From Octopus vulgaris (taxonomy: Eukaryota), in the NCBI GenBank assembly GCA_951406725.2, contig OX597818.1, positions 126,914,001-126,978,000 on the forward strand: a DNA stretch of 64,000 nt, given 5' to 3'. Below are positions 53,575 to 64,000 of this stretch, piece by piece (position 1 is the stretch's first letter; each line of letters opens with the position of its first letter). Under the pieces are notes generated by a model, which ran no database searches, had not been told where the DNA came from, and saw only the letters and a program-made list of their open reading frames with translations. Made by a program: the position numbers and the translations under genes.

Positions 53575-56203
53575 TAGGAGTGGGTGAGCGGGAAGAAACT
53601 TGCTTTCCCACTGCGCATGTCAGTGTTTTTCTTTGCACTGAAAGAAGTGGCCACGCTGCAAACCAGCGTGGTGAATTAAGTGAAGCTCAACTGCAAGGTA
53701 AGACTTTTGTTTTTTAGGTCCAGTGGTGGTTTGTTTTTTGCTGTATTATTTTTTGTACAAACAAGAAATCTTCACTGGATTCTGAACACTGGTCTGCCTA
53801 CAGTTGGGCAAAATTGTTCACTTTTAAGTGAATTGTTTTGATGGGCGGATCCTCTGCGCCATAAACTGGATTTTTTGCTGCTGTGAATAAATTTTCTTCG
53901 TTGTGTAATTACCATTTAATGGTAAATAATTTTTTGTTCCTGCAACTGTGTTCCCGACTCGACTGGAATACCTTTTTTTTGGAAAATACAAGGGCCAGTA
54001 GTACCGGTTGGCCGGAATTTAATTGTTTGAAGAAGCAGTTGCAATGATTTGAACTAGCACAGTACAAAGAACTGTCGTCGTGCTGAACTGTTTTTCCATT
54101 TCTTCTTCTCTTTTCTGTCTTTATGTTTTTCTCTTGTCTTCTTTCTAACTGTTTTTTTTGTGGGGGGATTATATTTTTTAATTCTTTACTTTTAATAATT
54201 TTTGTTGAACTATTAAGAGAACTTTTTTTAAAAAAGCATGGCGAAAAAATGTCTTGGAGTGGGAGATTATCCCACCCAAAGAATGGATTAAACAGCAAGT
54301 GGAGAAGACGGTGGTGTTGAGAACATATTCGAAGGTTCTCGATGCCATCGCCGTGTTCTCCAAAGAAGTAATAGAAGAAGAGTTGAAGGACTATCTACCA
54401 AATCTGATATTTATTGCACGGGGTGTCGGATAGGCAACGATTTGGTTGCTTTTTGACACACCGGAGGAGGCTCGCATTTTTGCGAGTCAGCCCCTGGAAA
54501 GCAATTAAATTTTGTTTCTTCCCATGTATTGTGGGAGGAAACTGACATGGGTTTGGGTTTGCGGGTTGCCAACGAATTTAAATCCAGGTTGGATAGAGGA
54601 CACTATCCGCCGGCGTTTGGGTGGCAGCGGCACCAAGCTCCTCAATGTTAAATTATTACCAGTGGCTGATTGGGTCGGGTTATTTTGACCCTGTGGACCC
54701 AATCAATAAAGGAGTTAGTCTTTCCAGACTGTTTAACTATGGCCGGGAGCAGGTACCCGGTGATTTTTGAGGATTCCCCCACCCAGGTGTCACCGGTGTT
54801 TGGAACTTGGCCATACAAAAAAGAACTGCCCCCAGGACCAAAGCAAGGTCCTGGAGCAGTTGGTTGAGACCTCGGTAAAAGAGGGAACGGAGGCGGGGGA
54901 CTCCTCAATGAAGGGCCGTAAGAGGAAGGTGAGCAATAATAGGTGCCCACCGGAGAATTCTAGGGATGAGGGAGGGGAGGTGGATTCCCCGGTCACGGAG
55001 GAAACACACCCTTCCCCAGTTAAGAGGGAAAAAAAGAGGAAGAAAACGAGAAACGAGCCATTGCCGTCAGTTGGTAACAAATTACCGGAATGTCCTGGAT
55101 CTTCGTCGGTAGGAATTGTGCCACCAACGGGTGAAGAGCCATCGTCGGTGGGAATTGTGCCACCGATGATGGAAGTGACTACCTCGTCCCCTGAAGGAGA
55201 AGAGTTACTTGTCTTCTTCTACAGGGGCGGAGAGGTGGAGAAGGTGTTGAAGCACCCTGAGGGAACAATTATGACCTGCACACGGGATCCCGAATGGCCT
55301 CCGCAGATAACTGTGGAGGTCATAACGTTGGCCGTGTTGCAAAGGCTGAAGAGGCTCAATGGGGAATATCGCTTGTGGCCGGGCGGCCCCGACACGTCAC
55401 CTGCCTTGTGCTTGGGTGAGGCGTGGGTAATGACGGAGTACGGGGTCACAAGCGCTACTGAAGAGGACTATAGGTAAGAGGTTCGAAATCCTCGGTATTA
55501 TGAACTGATAAGAGGTTTGAAACCTCATTCTGTTTTTAACCAAGATACGAGGCGTAGTGCCTCATTTTTGTGTCTTAATGAACAATTATGAACAATTTTA
55601 AGAGGTTTGTTGCCTCATGATTGATAAATAAGAGAACAATGTTTTCAAGAAACAACAATCGGCGGACGTTGTTTTTTCCCCCATTAATCATCATTTTCAC
55701 TTTTCATCTCGTATAACATTATGTCTGTGTCCAGCCCGCAGCTTCTTTTTTCTCCATGTTAAGCCATTATATCCCATTTAATGAGATAAAGAAAAAAGAA
55801 GCTTGCTTCCCTACCACATGGTTCTGGGTTCAATCTCACTGCGTGGCACCTTGGGCAAGTATCTTATTCTGCAGCCTAGAGCCAACCAAAGCATTGTGAG
55901 TGGATTTGGTAGACGGAAACTGAAAGAAGCCAGTCGTTTATATATGTATGTACTTGTGTGTTTGTCTGTGATTGAATAATAAATTTCTGGAAAGGTTTAC
56001 AGATTTTTACAGTTCCAGTGATGTGCCCCCCACCATCGCTTGACAACTGATGTTGGTGTGTTTATGAACCCATAACTTAGCAGGACCGATAGAATAAATA
56101 CTAGGCGTACAAAGAATAAGTCCCGAGTCGATTTGTTCGGCTAAAGGCGGTGCTGCAGCATGGCCGAAGTCAAATGACTGAAATAAGTAAAAGAATAAAA
56201 GAA
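53575..56203 (+). mobile_element. SINE family B copy split in its head by the 53611-55795 insertion
   Basis: Head begins ggagtgggtg..aagaaacttgctttccca and resumes aagaagcttgcttccctaccacatggttc at 55796. Confidence 0.85.
53611..55795 (+). mobile_element. ORF1-only Tx1/L1-like retroelement (pseudogenised ORF ~54240-55477)
   Basis: ~18-bp imperfect TSD; KTVVLRTYS..IEEEL..FIARG..FDTPEEA..FLPMYCGRK; CCHC knuckle CHRCLELGHTKKNC; ~320-bp 3'UTR and A-rich tail with no ORF2. Confidence 0.8.
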
Positions 56204-56289
56204 TACATATACACATACATACATACATACAAACATACATACATACATACATACATACATACATACATACATACATACATACATACATA

Positions 56290-56775
56290 CAAGTTTGGCT
56301 TGGGGCCCTGACAAATTTATAACATCCCACTATGAAGGCTACCTACATACAATTCAAGAACAAAATATCCCTGTCAAGAGCCTGGAGCATCAAAAGCAGA
56401 AAAACATTGATTGACAACAAATGTGAGCAGTGTAAAACTAAGCGAAGACGTCAACCACATTATTTTCAACTACGTGAGAATGTCACCCAGATATTATCTT
56501 CCCCTGAGACATAATGTAGTAGCGAGGACAGTCTCAAACAGAATTTAAAAAAAAAACCAGAAAATAGCAACAAATTTGACTATATTGAAATCGATGGATT
56601 AAAAGAATAGTGTTGGAATTTCAAAAATAAAATAGATACCAAGTTAAAACACAACCGGTCAGATACTGTAGTGTGGCTCCAGAAGAAAAAAGATGCTCTG
56701 TTGTGGAAATCCGCTGCCCTCTGTACACTAGCGTTGCAAGAAAAATGCAAGAGGAAGGAAATGCCTATGGACCGT
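56290..56775 (+). pseudogene. RLE-type LINE zinc-knuckle/endonuclease fragment
   Basis: CEQC...EDVNHI; KLKHNRSDTVVW..CSVVEIRCP..AYGP (cf. HNRPDIVVW..VE.SCP). Confidence 0.7.
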
Positions 56776-58400
56776 TCAGCAGAGGGAGAAAATCTCTTGG
56801 TCCCTTCAACCGGGTTTCTGTAGTGACAGTTACATCCAAATCCACGACCTGATGTCATTTAGGAAGCGCCCTTGCTTCTAGCTCGACATCAGGCCACGTA
56901 CATTTACACAACCGATACGAATAACCATAATGTCCTACCTTAGTTATTCTGTGATATCAGGTGGAGACTCCCTCTCCACCTCTTCTTTTTTTTCGCTCGC
57001 AGGATCGGAGCCGGTAAGCCGTTAAAAATGGAAGGATGAAAGTAATTTCTCATTGTCCCAACTGTTTACCTTAATTTATTCTTCAGGATTTTATAACTCT
57101 ATATCGTAGATATTGTAATTTTCATACTTCTCTAAGAGTTTATCCACCCTTTTCATTGTCTTCTTCAAATTTAATTCTCTCATCAACTCCTTGTCACCTG
57201 AGTTAAATGCCGCTAAACCTCTCTCTTCATTTTCTCTCTTAGCCGTCTTCTTCGGCCTCTTGTCTACAGGCACCGTTTTAGCTGGTACTGTTTGGTATAT
57301 TTTCCTTTTACTTCCTATCTGGTTTTCTTTCTTCCCTCTCCTTCTCCCCCCTCCTCTCCTTCTTTGCATTGGAAGCACCTTGGTTTTCGTCCCTCCACAA
57401 ACACTATGATGGACTCTTCTGCTATTTCTATTTTCTCTGGTATTTCTTCTAGAGCTTGCGCCTCCGTCTGTACGACAATATTAATTGTTTGGCTGTGCCA
57501 ATTCATCTTATCTGTAACTGTCGCCTGGAGGAGTGTGATTTACTCCACCAGGTTCCTAGTTACGGCTGCAATCAGCAACATGGGGTCCACCTCCGGTGGA
57601 ATTCTCCCTATTCGTATCCTTAATGTTCTCCTTCCTATATATATGGGAATAAGTGCCACGCAGTACGTCTTTATAGTTTCGATTGAATGGTATCGTGATT
57701 TTGCCTCGCTTACCATTCTCACCTCTATTGGGCCAAACTTTTTGCCGCGTATTATATATTCAACATCGGACCATATTTATTGTAAGCCTTTTTTTATCTT
57801 TCTTCAGCTATTCTGTCTATTTTTCAGCTTTTAAGGTTGTACGTTTTGTAAATAATTGTTTTCCTTTTTTATGTTTCTAACAATCTCTGTGGGGGGTTTA
57901 CTCTCACCGTGGTTCCTTCTTTTTCTAACATATTTGAATACTTTTGTATTTCTTTTTCTGTATTGAATTGCTGTGCTCGACTCCCGGCTGCTGCAAAACT
58001 TTTTTTCTCTTCTTTTAGTGAACATTTAACTGCTATATTTCTCGTTGATACAATGCTATTTTCGGGGGTCTCCCTCAGGAGACTTAGAAAATCTTGTGTC
58101 GTCATTCGTTGAGGTGTCGTTAGTGTCATTGGTGAGATTTCTGTTAAGCTCGACATATCTTCTGTTTCAAACGTACTATTGTCTGCGTTGCCGCACATGA
58201 TTTTTTTTTCAAAGTAATTATTCCCCACAACGGGGGAATAAAAACAAATGCTTTCAAAAAGCATTTAACAGTCTTTAATAGTAAACAATATATTTAACAA
58301 TAGCCACAAGGCAGTATAAAATACAACAAAGCGTCAACAAAAGCGTTCAAAATAAGCAATATCACAACTCACAAAATTTTCATATCGTCCGGACGGAATA
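56775..58400 (-). mobile_element. Tx1/L1-like LINE 5' part: ORF1 plus start of ORF2 (APE endonuclease), truncated
   Basis: ORF1 RGKKFGPIEVR..LIPIYIGRRTLRIRIGRIPPE..VEGRKPRCFQC; ORF2 from ATG at 56928: MVIRIGCVNVRGL..KQG.FLNDI..DLDV..TETRL. Confidence 0.8.
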
Positions 58401-58431
58401 GACAATGATAAATTACTGGATCTATACGGTA

Positions 58432-60060
58432 TTTGTTTCTTTTATTACCCACAAGGGGCCAACGAAGAGGGGTCAATCAAACACATATGAGGACATATAA
58501 CAGAAAATTAAAATTTAAATAAAATTATAAATATGATATGAAATGAGTAATGAAAATGAAAATATGGAAATGTGCCACTCGCCCCACGTCAAGCAGTAAC
58601 ACATACTTGTTTTTAAGTTCCTTTATTTCTTCTAGTCCCATTATCACCTCTATACCATATTTTGCTAGTATTTCATCACATGGTGTATTATCTGGTATAT
58701 CCTTAATGTCTGTATTTATTTTCCAGTATTTCAAACCTTTTTAATGTTTCGTAACTTGTTCCAACTGTCCTTCTAAAAACAGCATGCACATATTCCACCC
58801 TATTTTATCCTGATAACCATATGTACTCACAAAGTTTGTGTATTCCAGTCCCTTACCATCCGGAATAGCTCCGTATTTTGCTCGTCCCTCATTATGCACG
58901 CATAAATTGTTTGGGAGGGAAATTGTTTGTGCTTTGTTGTGTCTGCGATTCTTTTTTCTTTTTATTTTGTCTAGGAGGGGAATGGGTGGTTTGGGTGTCT
59001 GTAGGGATAGGGTGGGTCTCAGAAGGTATGGGTGGGGTGGGCAAGGATTGGGGTTCCACATTACAATTTTTCCTCTTCTTTCTTTTTCTATCAACCACTT
59101 TCCATTCTTCTTCTCTTTCCACTTTTTCGTTTTCCTCCTCTTGCTTCTTTTCTGGCATGTCTTATGTTATTTGCTTTTGTAGAGGGAAGTGTGCTCTAAT
59201 GTGGTCTTTTTGACCGCATTTAGAACAGCGAGGAGTCCTGCCCTCTACCCACACTTTCATTACCAATTCATCAATTGACACTGTCTCCGCCAAATTTTCC
59301 AGCATCTCCACCGCATCCTATATAATCTGGTCTACCGACTGTCCCTTCTACACCGATACGTCAGTGTTTGTGGCTTCGAGGATGGCCACCTCCTTCTCGT
59401 TACTTAAGAGTATAGCAGCCACGACCCAAGCCACATCAATTTCTGGTGGAATTTCTTCCACTCTTTTCCTTGACGTCCTTCTTCTCATATATGTGGGTAG
59501 AAGGACCACTTGGTTTGATTTTATTGTATTCGTTGCATTCTCCATTGCTATTTCTTCCGACTTGTATATCACAATAACAGATCCAAATTTACTTCCTCTG
59601 GCCAGATACGTGATGTCTGGCCAGATCGAGCACAATGCTTTTTCAATGGTCTTTTCTTCCATATTTTCGACTCTCCTGTTTTCCAAAGAGTATACTTTGT
59701 ATATCACCGTTTTTCTGTCCATCTGCTCCATTTTCTTCTGAGGTGGTGACAGCTTAACATCACCACCTACTCAGGTTGCCATTTTCCCGTAATTTTCGAT
59801 GTTGGAGAGATTCCTCCCTCTTTCTCACCTCCGCTGCCTCCGCGAAACTTCTCTTCGCTAACACTTTATCCATTTTTTCTATGGTATGAACCAACTCTTT
59901 TTAAAAAGTCGGAACCGCTAAGTTCCAAATTGAACATTTTCTTTGCTTATCTCTCGATATATCGAGAGAAAGCACAACTTTAAACCGCTGCTAAAGCAGC
60001 GCAAAAACAACTAACAATTTAGACAAACACTAATTTTAACAGCAACTTTAAACCTTTGCT
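58432..60060 (-). mobile_element. ORF1-only Tx1/L1-like retroelement
   Basis: KTVIYKVYS..IEKAL.SIWPDITYLARGSKFGSV..LLPTYMRRR..IPPE; VEGRTPRCSKCGQKDH; short 3'UTR ending gccccttgtgggtaataaaagaaa; no APE/RT motif seen. Confidence 0.8.
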
Positions 60061-60064
60061 TTTT

Positions 60065-62088
60065 TTATTACCCATAAAAGACGTACATCGAAATCGAATG
60101 ACAAATACAACACATACAGACAATACATAACGAGATATGACATAGAATTGGGGAACTAAATTTATAAAATAGAAATTTAAGAAAATAAGCAAAAATAAAA
60201 GAAAGGAATGAATTACAAAAAGATGAGAGAATGAGGTGGAATGCCCACTCGACCCCCGAAGTCGATTGGTTACATGTAGACAATATTTTTCTCTTCTTTT
60301 TTCCTCATTCTTTTTTCACAACACATTCTTAAAAGAAATAGTTCACACTTTTTTCCCGTTTTGTTTTCTTCCCCCCACCCAAAGTTCAAAATAAATTAAT
60401 TACCTTTTTCTTGAAATTCTCTAGCCTCGTATAGTCCACAACCGGCGGCCTCCAGTAATGTACACCGGTCCCTCCATCCTTATGATAAATTAACTGTAAT
60501 ATCTCCATAGATCATCGCTCATTAGCTCATTCACCAGCACACACCTTTCCTCCTCTCCGAACCTCCCCTTAGGCAGCTTCACTCTAATCAAATTTTTTCC
60601 ACTTTGATATTTTCTTCTCGACCTCTATTGATTTCGTATTAAAAAATCAGGATTCCTTTATGCTCGCTGGACTTCGCACCTTCTGGTCTTCTCTCTGGAT
60701 TCTTCTCTACTTCGTGTGTTTCAGGTGGCTCTTTATCTTTTTTGTCCGCCTTCCCTGGTTCTGCTGTCGCTCTCCGTAACACTTCCCTTGATCTCGCCTT
60801 CTTCCCTCTCTTGGGGCTGACGATCCCATCACTCCCCTCTTTTGTCACTTTCGTTATTTCCTCTATATCTTCCTTCTCTTGCTCACGGTTCTTATTTATT
60901 ATCTTTTCCGTTTCTGCCTCCATCTTTCCTTGCATCTCCATTTCTCCTATCAACTCTTTCTCACCCTGCACCGGCTCAGTCTGCTTATTTGAATCTTTTC
61001 GGTTTGAACGGCAGTTTTTAACATAATTTGTAGGTAACTAAAAAATTTTAAACTTTGTATACTGGTAGAATGTGTTTATAAAACATCTTTTCCTCTTGGC
61101 TTTATTGAGAAAATTCTATAGTTTGTAAGATATTTGTTGTTTTTTCTTCAATTTCTGCAATTTCAACCAATCAATGACCGTCTATTGAGGTGAAAATATT
61201 CTGTGCCGTATGAATACGTCCCTCGTTTAAGAAACAGATTGGGTTTATTTACATTACTGAAGAAAAAAAGATACCATTCCCCCACCCCTAACCCTAACCC
61301 TATCTCTAGCCCTAAACCTAAAATAGATTGAAATGCAACAGATCGATACTAGGCTCATAATTATGGGTGACAATTTCATGACACCGCTAGAAAAAACTGC
61401 CGTTCAAACCGAAAAGATCCCCTTATTTTTATTATATAAGGAGCACTTCAATTTCATATGCCCCTTTTCACCGCAGATGTAGCAATTGAGTCTTCGACCC
61501 TCTACTATTCAGAGTGATCGCTAGACTGGCCGCTACCAACCACTCCGTCATAATTTCAGGCGGCACCCTAGCTATCCTGAACCGGACGCAGCGCCTTCCC
61601 TTATACATAAGTAACAGCACTACCTTTTCCGATCTCTGGACTGCGGAGGAGTATGAGGCGGCTTCTTCTTTGGTTGCAAACCTCACCTCCAAAGTGCCAT
61701 ATCTCCTTCCTCTACTTACGAATGTCGCCTTTTGCATTATACTTCTTAGGCATTCCTCCACATCTTCCTCCGATAATTTTTCAATTTTAATTTTGGGACC
61801 GTTTGCGAGCGGTACACCACTGTTTTCTCGCCTTTCTCTTCGATAGACTCTTGAGGCGGGACCAGCTTGATTGTGCTTTCCTCCTTCTCCACCAAACACA
61901 AACCATTCGCTATTTCCTCTTTCTCAATAAGAACCATCCTGGCTTCCAGCGGTGTAGCTGCCTTTGTCGTAGCAGTTTTCGCGTAAATGCTTGCCATAAT
62001 CCTACGCCTTTCTTCACCCCAATGGGGAGAAAAAATATCAAAACAGGAGCAAGCAACAACAACACGCGCGAGACGCTTCAACAATATT
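60065..62088 (-). mobile_element. ORF1-only Tx1/L1-like retroelement interrupted by a MITE
   Basis: VPPQE..KTVVYR..SRGRRYGTLEVRFATKEEA..LLMYKGRR..VPPE; CYICGEKGHMKLKC; tail cttttatgggtaataaaaaaa. Confidence 0.8.
60991..61420. mobile_element. Merlin-like MITE containing a short (CCCTAA)-like tract
   Basis: TIRs gaatcttttcggtttgaacggcagttttt / aaaaactgccgttcaaaccgaaaagatcc; 8-bp TSD gcttattt/ccttattt; termini and subterminal aaactt.gtatactggtagaatgtgt shared with the 46483 element. Confidence 0.9.
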
Positions 62089-62790
62089 ATCAACAGTGTA
62101 GAGGACGCTATCAAAGGATACGAGGCGGTGGCAAGGAAAAAAGTTAACAAAGACCAGTCCATCGGCTTGCGCCTCGGCACCTGGAGGAGCAGGTCGATAT
62201 CGTCCAGTGTCGTGGATCACTGGACAGATGGTCCTGTTAAGTTGCTTGGAGTTTGGTTTGGACCGGACTCCCAGACGGAGAAACGTGTACACGTGTACAG
62301 CTATCGGCTGAATCTATAATAAAGATTGTGCCGCCAACTGGACTCTCAAAGGAAAGTGAGGCATGTTTCCTCTGTACAGTTACAGTGTTGAAGAGTGTGT
62401 GTGGAATGCAAGGACTTGTGGCGGGATCCTTCATCTCTGGCCCTGGTCTGCTACTATACTTCAGATGCCATCTGAAGAGCAAGATAGGGCTGGAGAGGAG
62501 AATTCTGTCGCGAAGTGCGTTCGAGAAAAGATGGAAGGCTGTGATAAGAAAGGTGGGTGCAAGTAACCCTACTTCATCCGCATTGGAAAAAGGAAAGGGA
62601 TAGCTGCTGGGCCTTTCAAGCAACCGGGTATAATCCCCCTAACAAGTAAAGTTAAAATATATTATATATATATACTTCATCAATATTTTTAATCCATAAG
62701 TTACATTCGAACTCATCATAACACTATTTGTGTGTATTGTCCTGTACTGTACAGTCTTTATATGATATTCATTATCGTAATAAAGAATTC
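62088..62790 (+). mobile_element. Tx1/L1-like ORF2 3' fragment with internal deletion, 3'UTR and tail
   Basis: YEAVARKKVNKDQSIGLRLGTW..WTDGPVKLLGVWFGPD (RT C-terminus) joined to LSAESI..YFRCHLK.KI.LERR.LS...FEKRW; tail cgtaataaagaa. Confidence 0.8.
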
Positions 62791-62812
62791 ACCTCTAGCC
62801 GAACAACTATTT

Positions 62813-62853
62813 TGTGCTGATGAAGGGAAATAACCCGGAAATCGTGATACACA
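62813..62853 (+). ncRNA. Minimal type I hammerhead ribozyme with intact core
   Basis: tgtg-CTGATGA-aggg aaataa ccc g-GAAA-tcgtga-TA-caca; stem I extendable through aacaa.tat / ata.ttgtt. Confidence 0.7.
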
Positions 62854-64000
62854 GATATTGTTTTGAGCTGAGTGGGGGTGCTAGATTCCATTGTTCGAAA
62901 ATATAAGGACACAGACCGTGTCGTATAGCCAACTGGAGACAATGTCTCCTGAGGTTAAATTACAGCAACATTCGTCCTAAACCAGGACTGCCTTGTTATG
63001 TTGGCAAGGAATCTTTACTGTATAAACAGTATTAGATTCTCTGAATTTATAAATGATGATCTGGAAATTTCTGAAAATTTGATATACAATCACGGTTCAG
63101 ATATGTTTTGGATACGACTGAAAAGGGAACAATGAAATTTCGTTAGTATACAGTAGTGAGATAACACAGGCACTTATTTACTATTATAGTAAATCAGATC
63201 TGTATGCCTCGACATTTGGTATGACGCTTATGATTCCAATTGGAAGAATTAGGATGGAATGGTAGCCAGTCGATCCAGCAGATGATGCCTCATATCTGTG
63301 CGTGGTGGGCGGTGCGCTGCAAAGCTAGCGAGAGGAAGGCCGTGAAACGATAAGCATTCTTATCTGATAGCTCCTAAAACTTACTGATATGTTGTATGCA
63401 GAGTTTTCAATCGATTGTACTCGCACAAGCATTGTTTGCAAGTCTCTAATACACGAAAGGTCTTCTTTAAATCATTTCCTGTGTGTTATATTGTCGTTCA
63501 TTCAGTTCAAATTTTTGCATTGCAGTATGCTTGTATTATATTGTGCATGCATGCAATTCAATGCGGAATTATAGTTGGATTATTCCTCATTTATATGTTC
63601 TTTATCCCGTAATGCATATTTAAAGAAAAGTATTAAGGAACAATGTTAGGCACAAACCGCTTTCCTATCAGTAATGTGTATAGATATTACAATTCAAATG
63701 TTATTTAAATTACAATGAAACTATAGGATAATATTTATTAAATAAATACAGTACATTTAAAGTAAGCAGCAAGAAACTTCGTCTCAACATTATGGACATG
63801 ATGAAAGGATATTCTTACCGACAGGGGAGATTGTTAAGACTAATGCTGTACCAAAAGAAAGAAAAACAGAATTACCGTTTATCATACACAAATAATCTCA
63901 CACATTTGTGAATCTCTCTGAAAGCTATTGTTTGTTTCCTTTTGCTTGTCGTCTATCTATCTATCAAACCTTGGCTCGGATGTTCCTTGTCAAATCGCTA

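Noticed and set aside
55478-55616. CRISPR-like look of short palindromes with unique spacers
   Set aside because: Repeats are only ~15 bp and non-identical, spacing is irregular, the context is eukaryotic and there are no cas genes
61285-61322. Telomere or interstitial telomeric array
   Set aside because: Only a few degenerate CCCTAA units, internal to a TSD-flanked MITE
60065-62790. Single twin-primed (5'-inverted) LINE insertion
   Set aside because: The inverted part has its own 3' tail at ~60065 and no flanking TSD was found, so two elements are more likely

Overview
AT-rich, microsatellite-dense eukaryotic DNA with no intact protein-coding gene that I can support. The SINE families and repeat mix resemble octopod cephalopod (Octopus) genomes; this is from recall and was not searched. 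The window is a graveyard of nested transposable elements: three tRNA-type SINE families, Penelope-like element (PLE) remnants carrying minimal hammerhead-ribozyme motifs and foldbacks, R4/Dong-type RLE LINEs in (TAA)n arrays, RTE and CR1-like fragments, two mariners, a pogo-like element, a hAT/Charlie relic, two Merlin-like MITEs, one other MITE, a non-autonomous Helitron and an ankyrin-repeat fragment. The most striking signal is a set of highly diverged Tx1/L1-like elements sharing one gag-like ORF1 (RRM-like region plus CCHC knuckle). Several are ORF1-only yet have their own 3' tail and, in two cases, target-site duplications. Three sit head-to-tail at 56.8-62.1 kb, and one shares its 3' terminus with a SINE subfamily. 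Most supplied ORFs are microsatellite translation artefacts. Coordinates of degenerate elements are approximate (about +/-20 bp or more).
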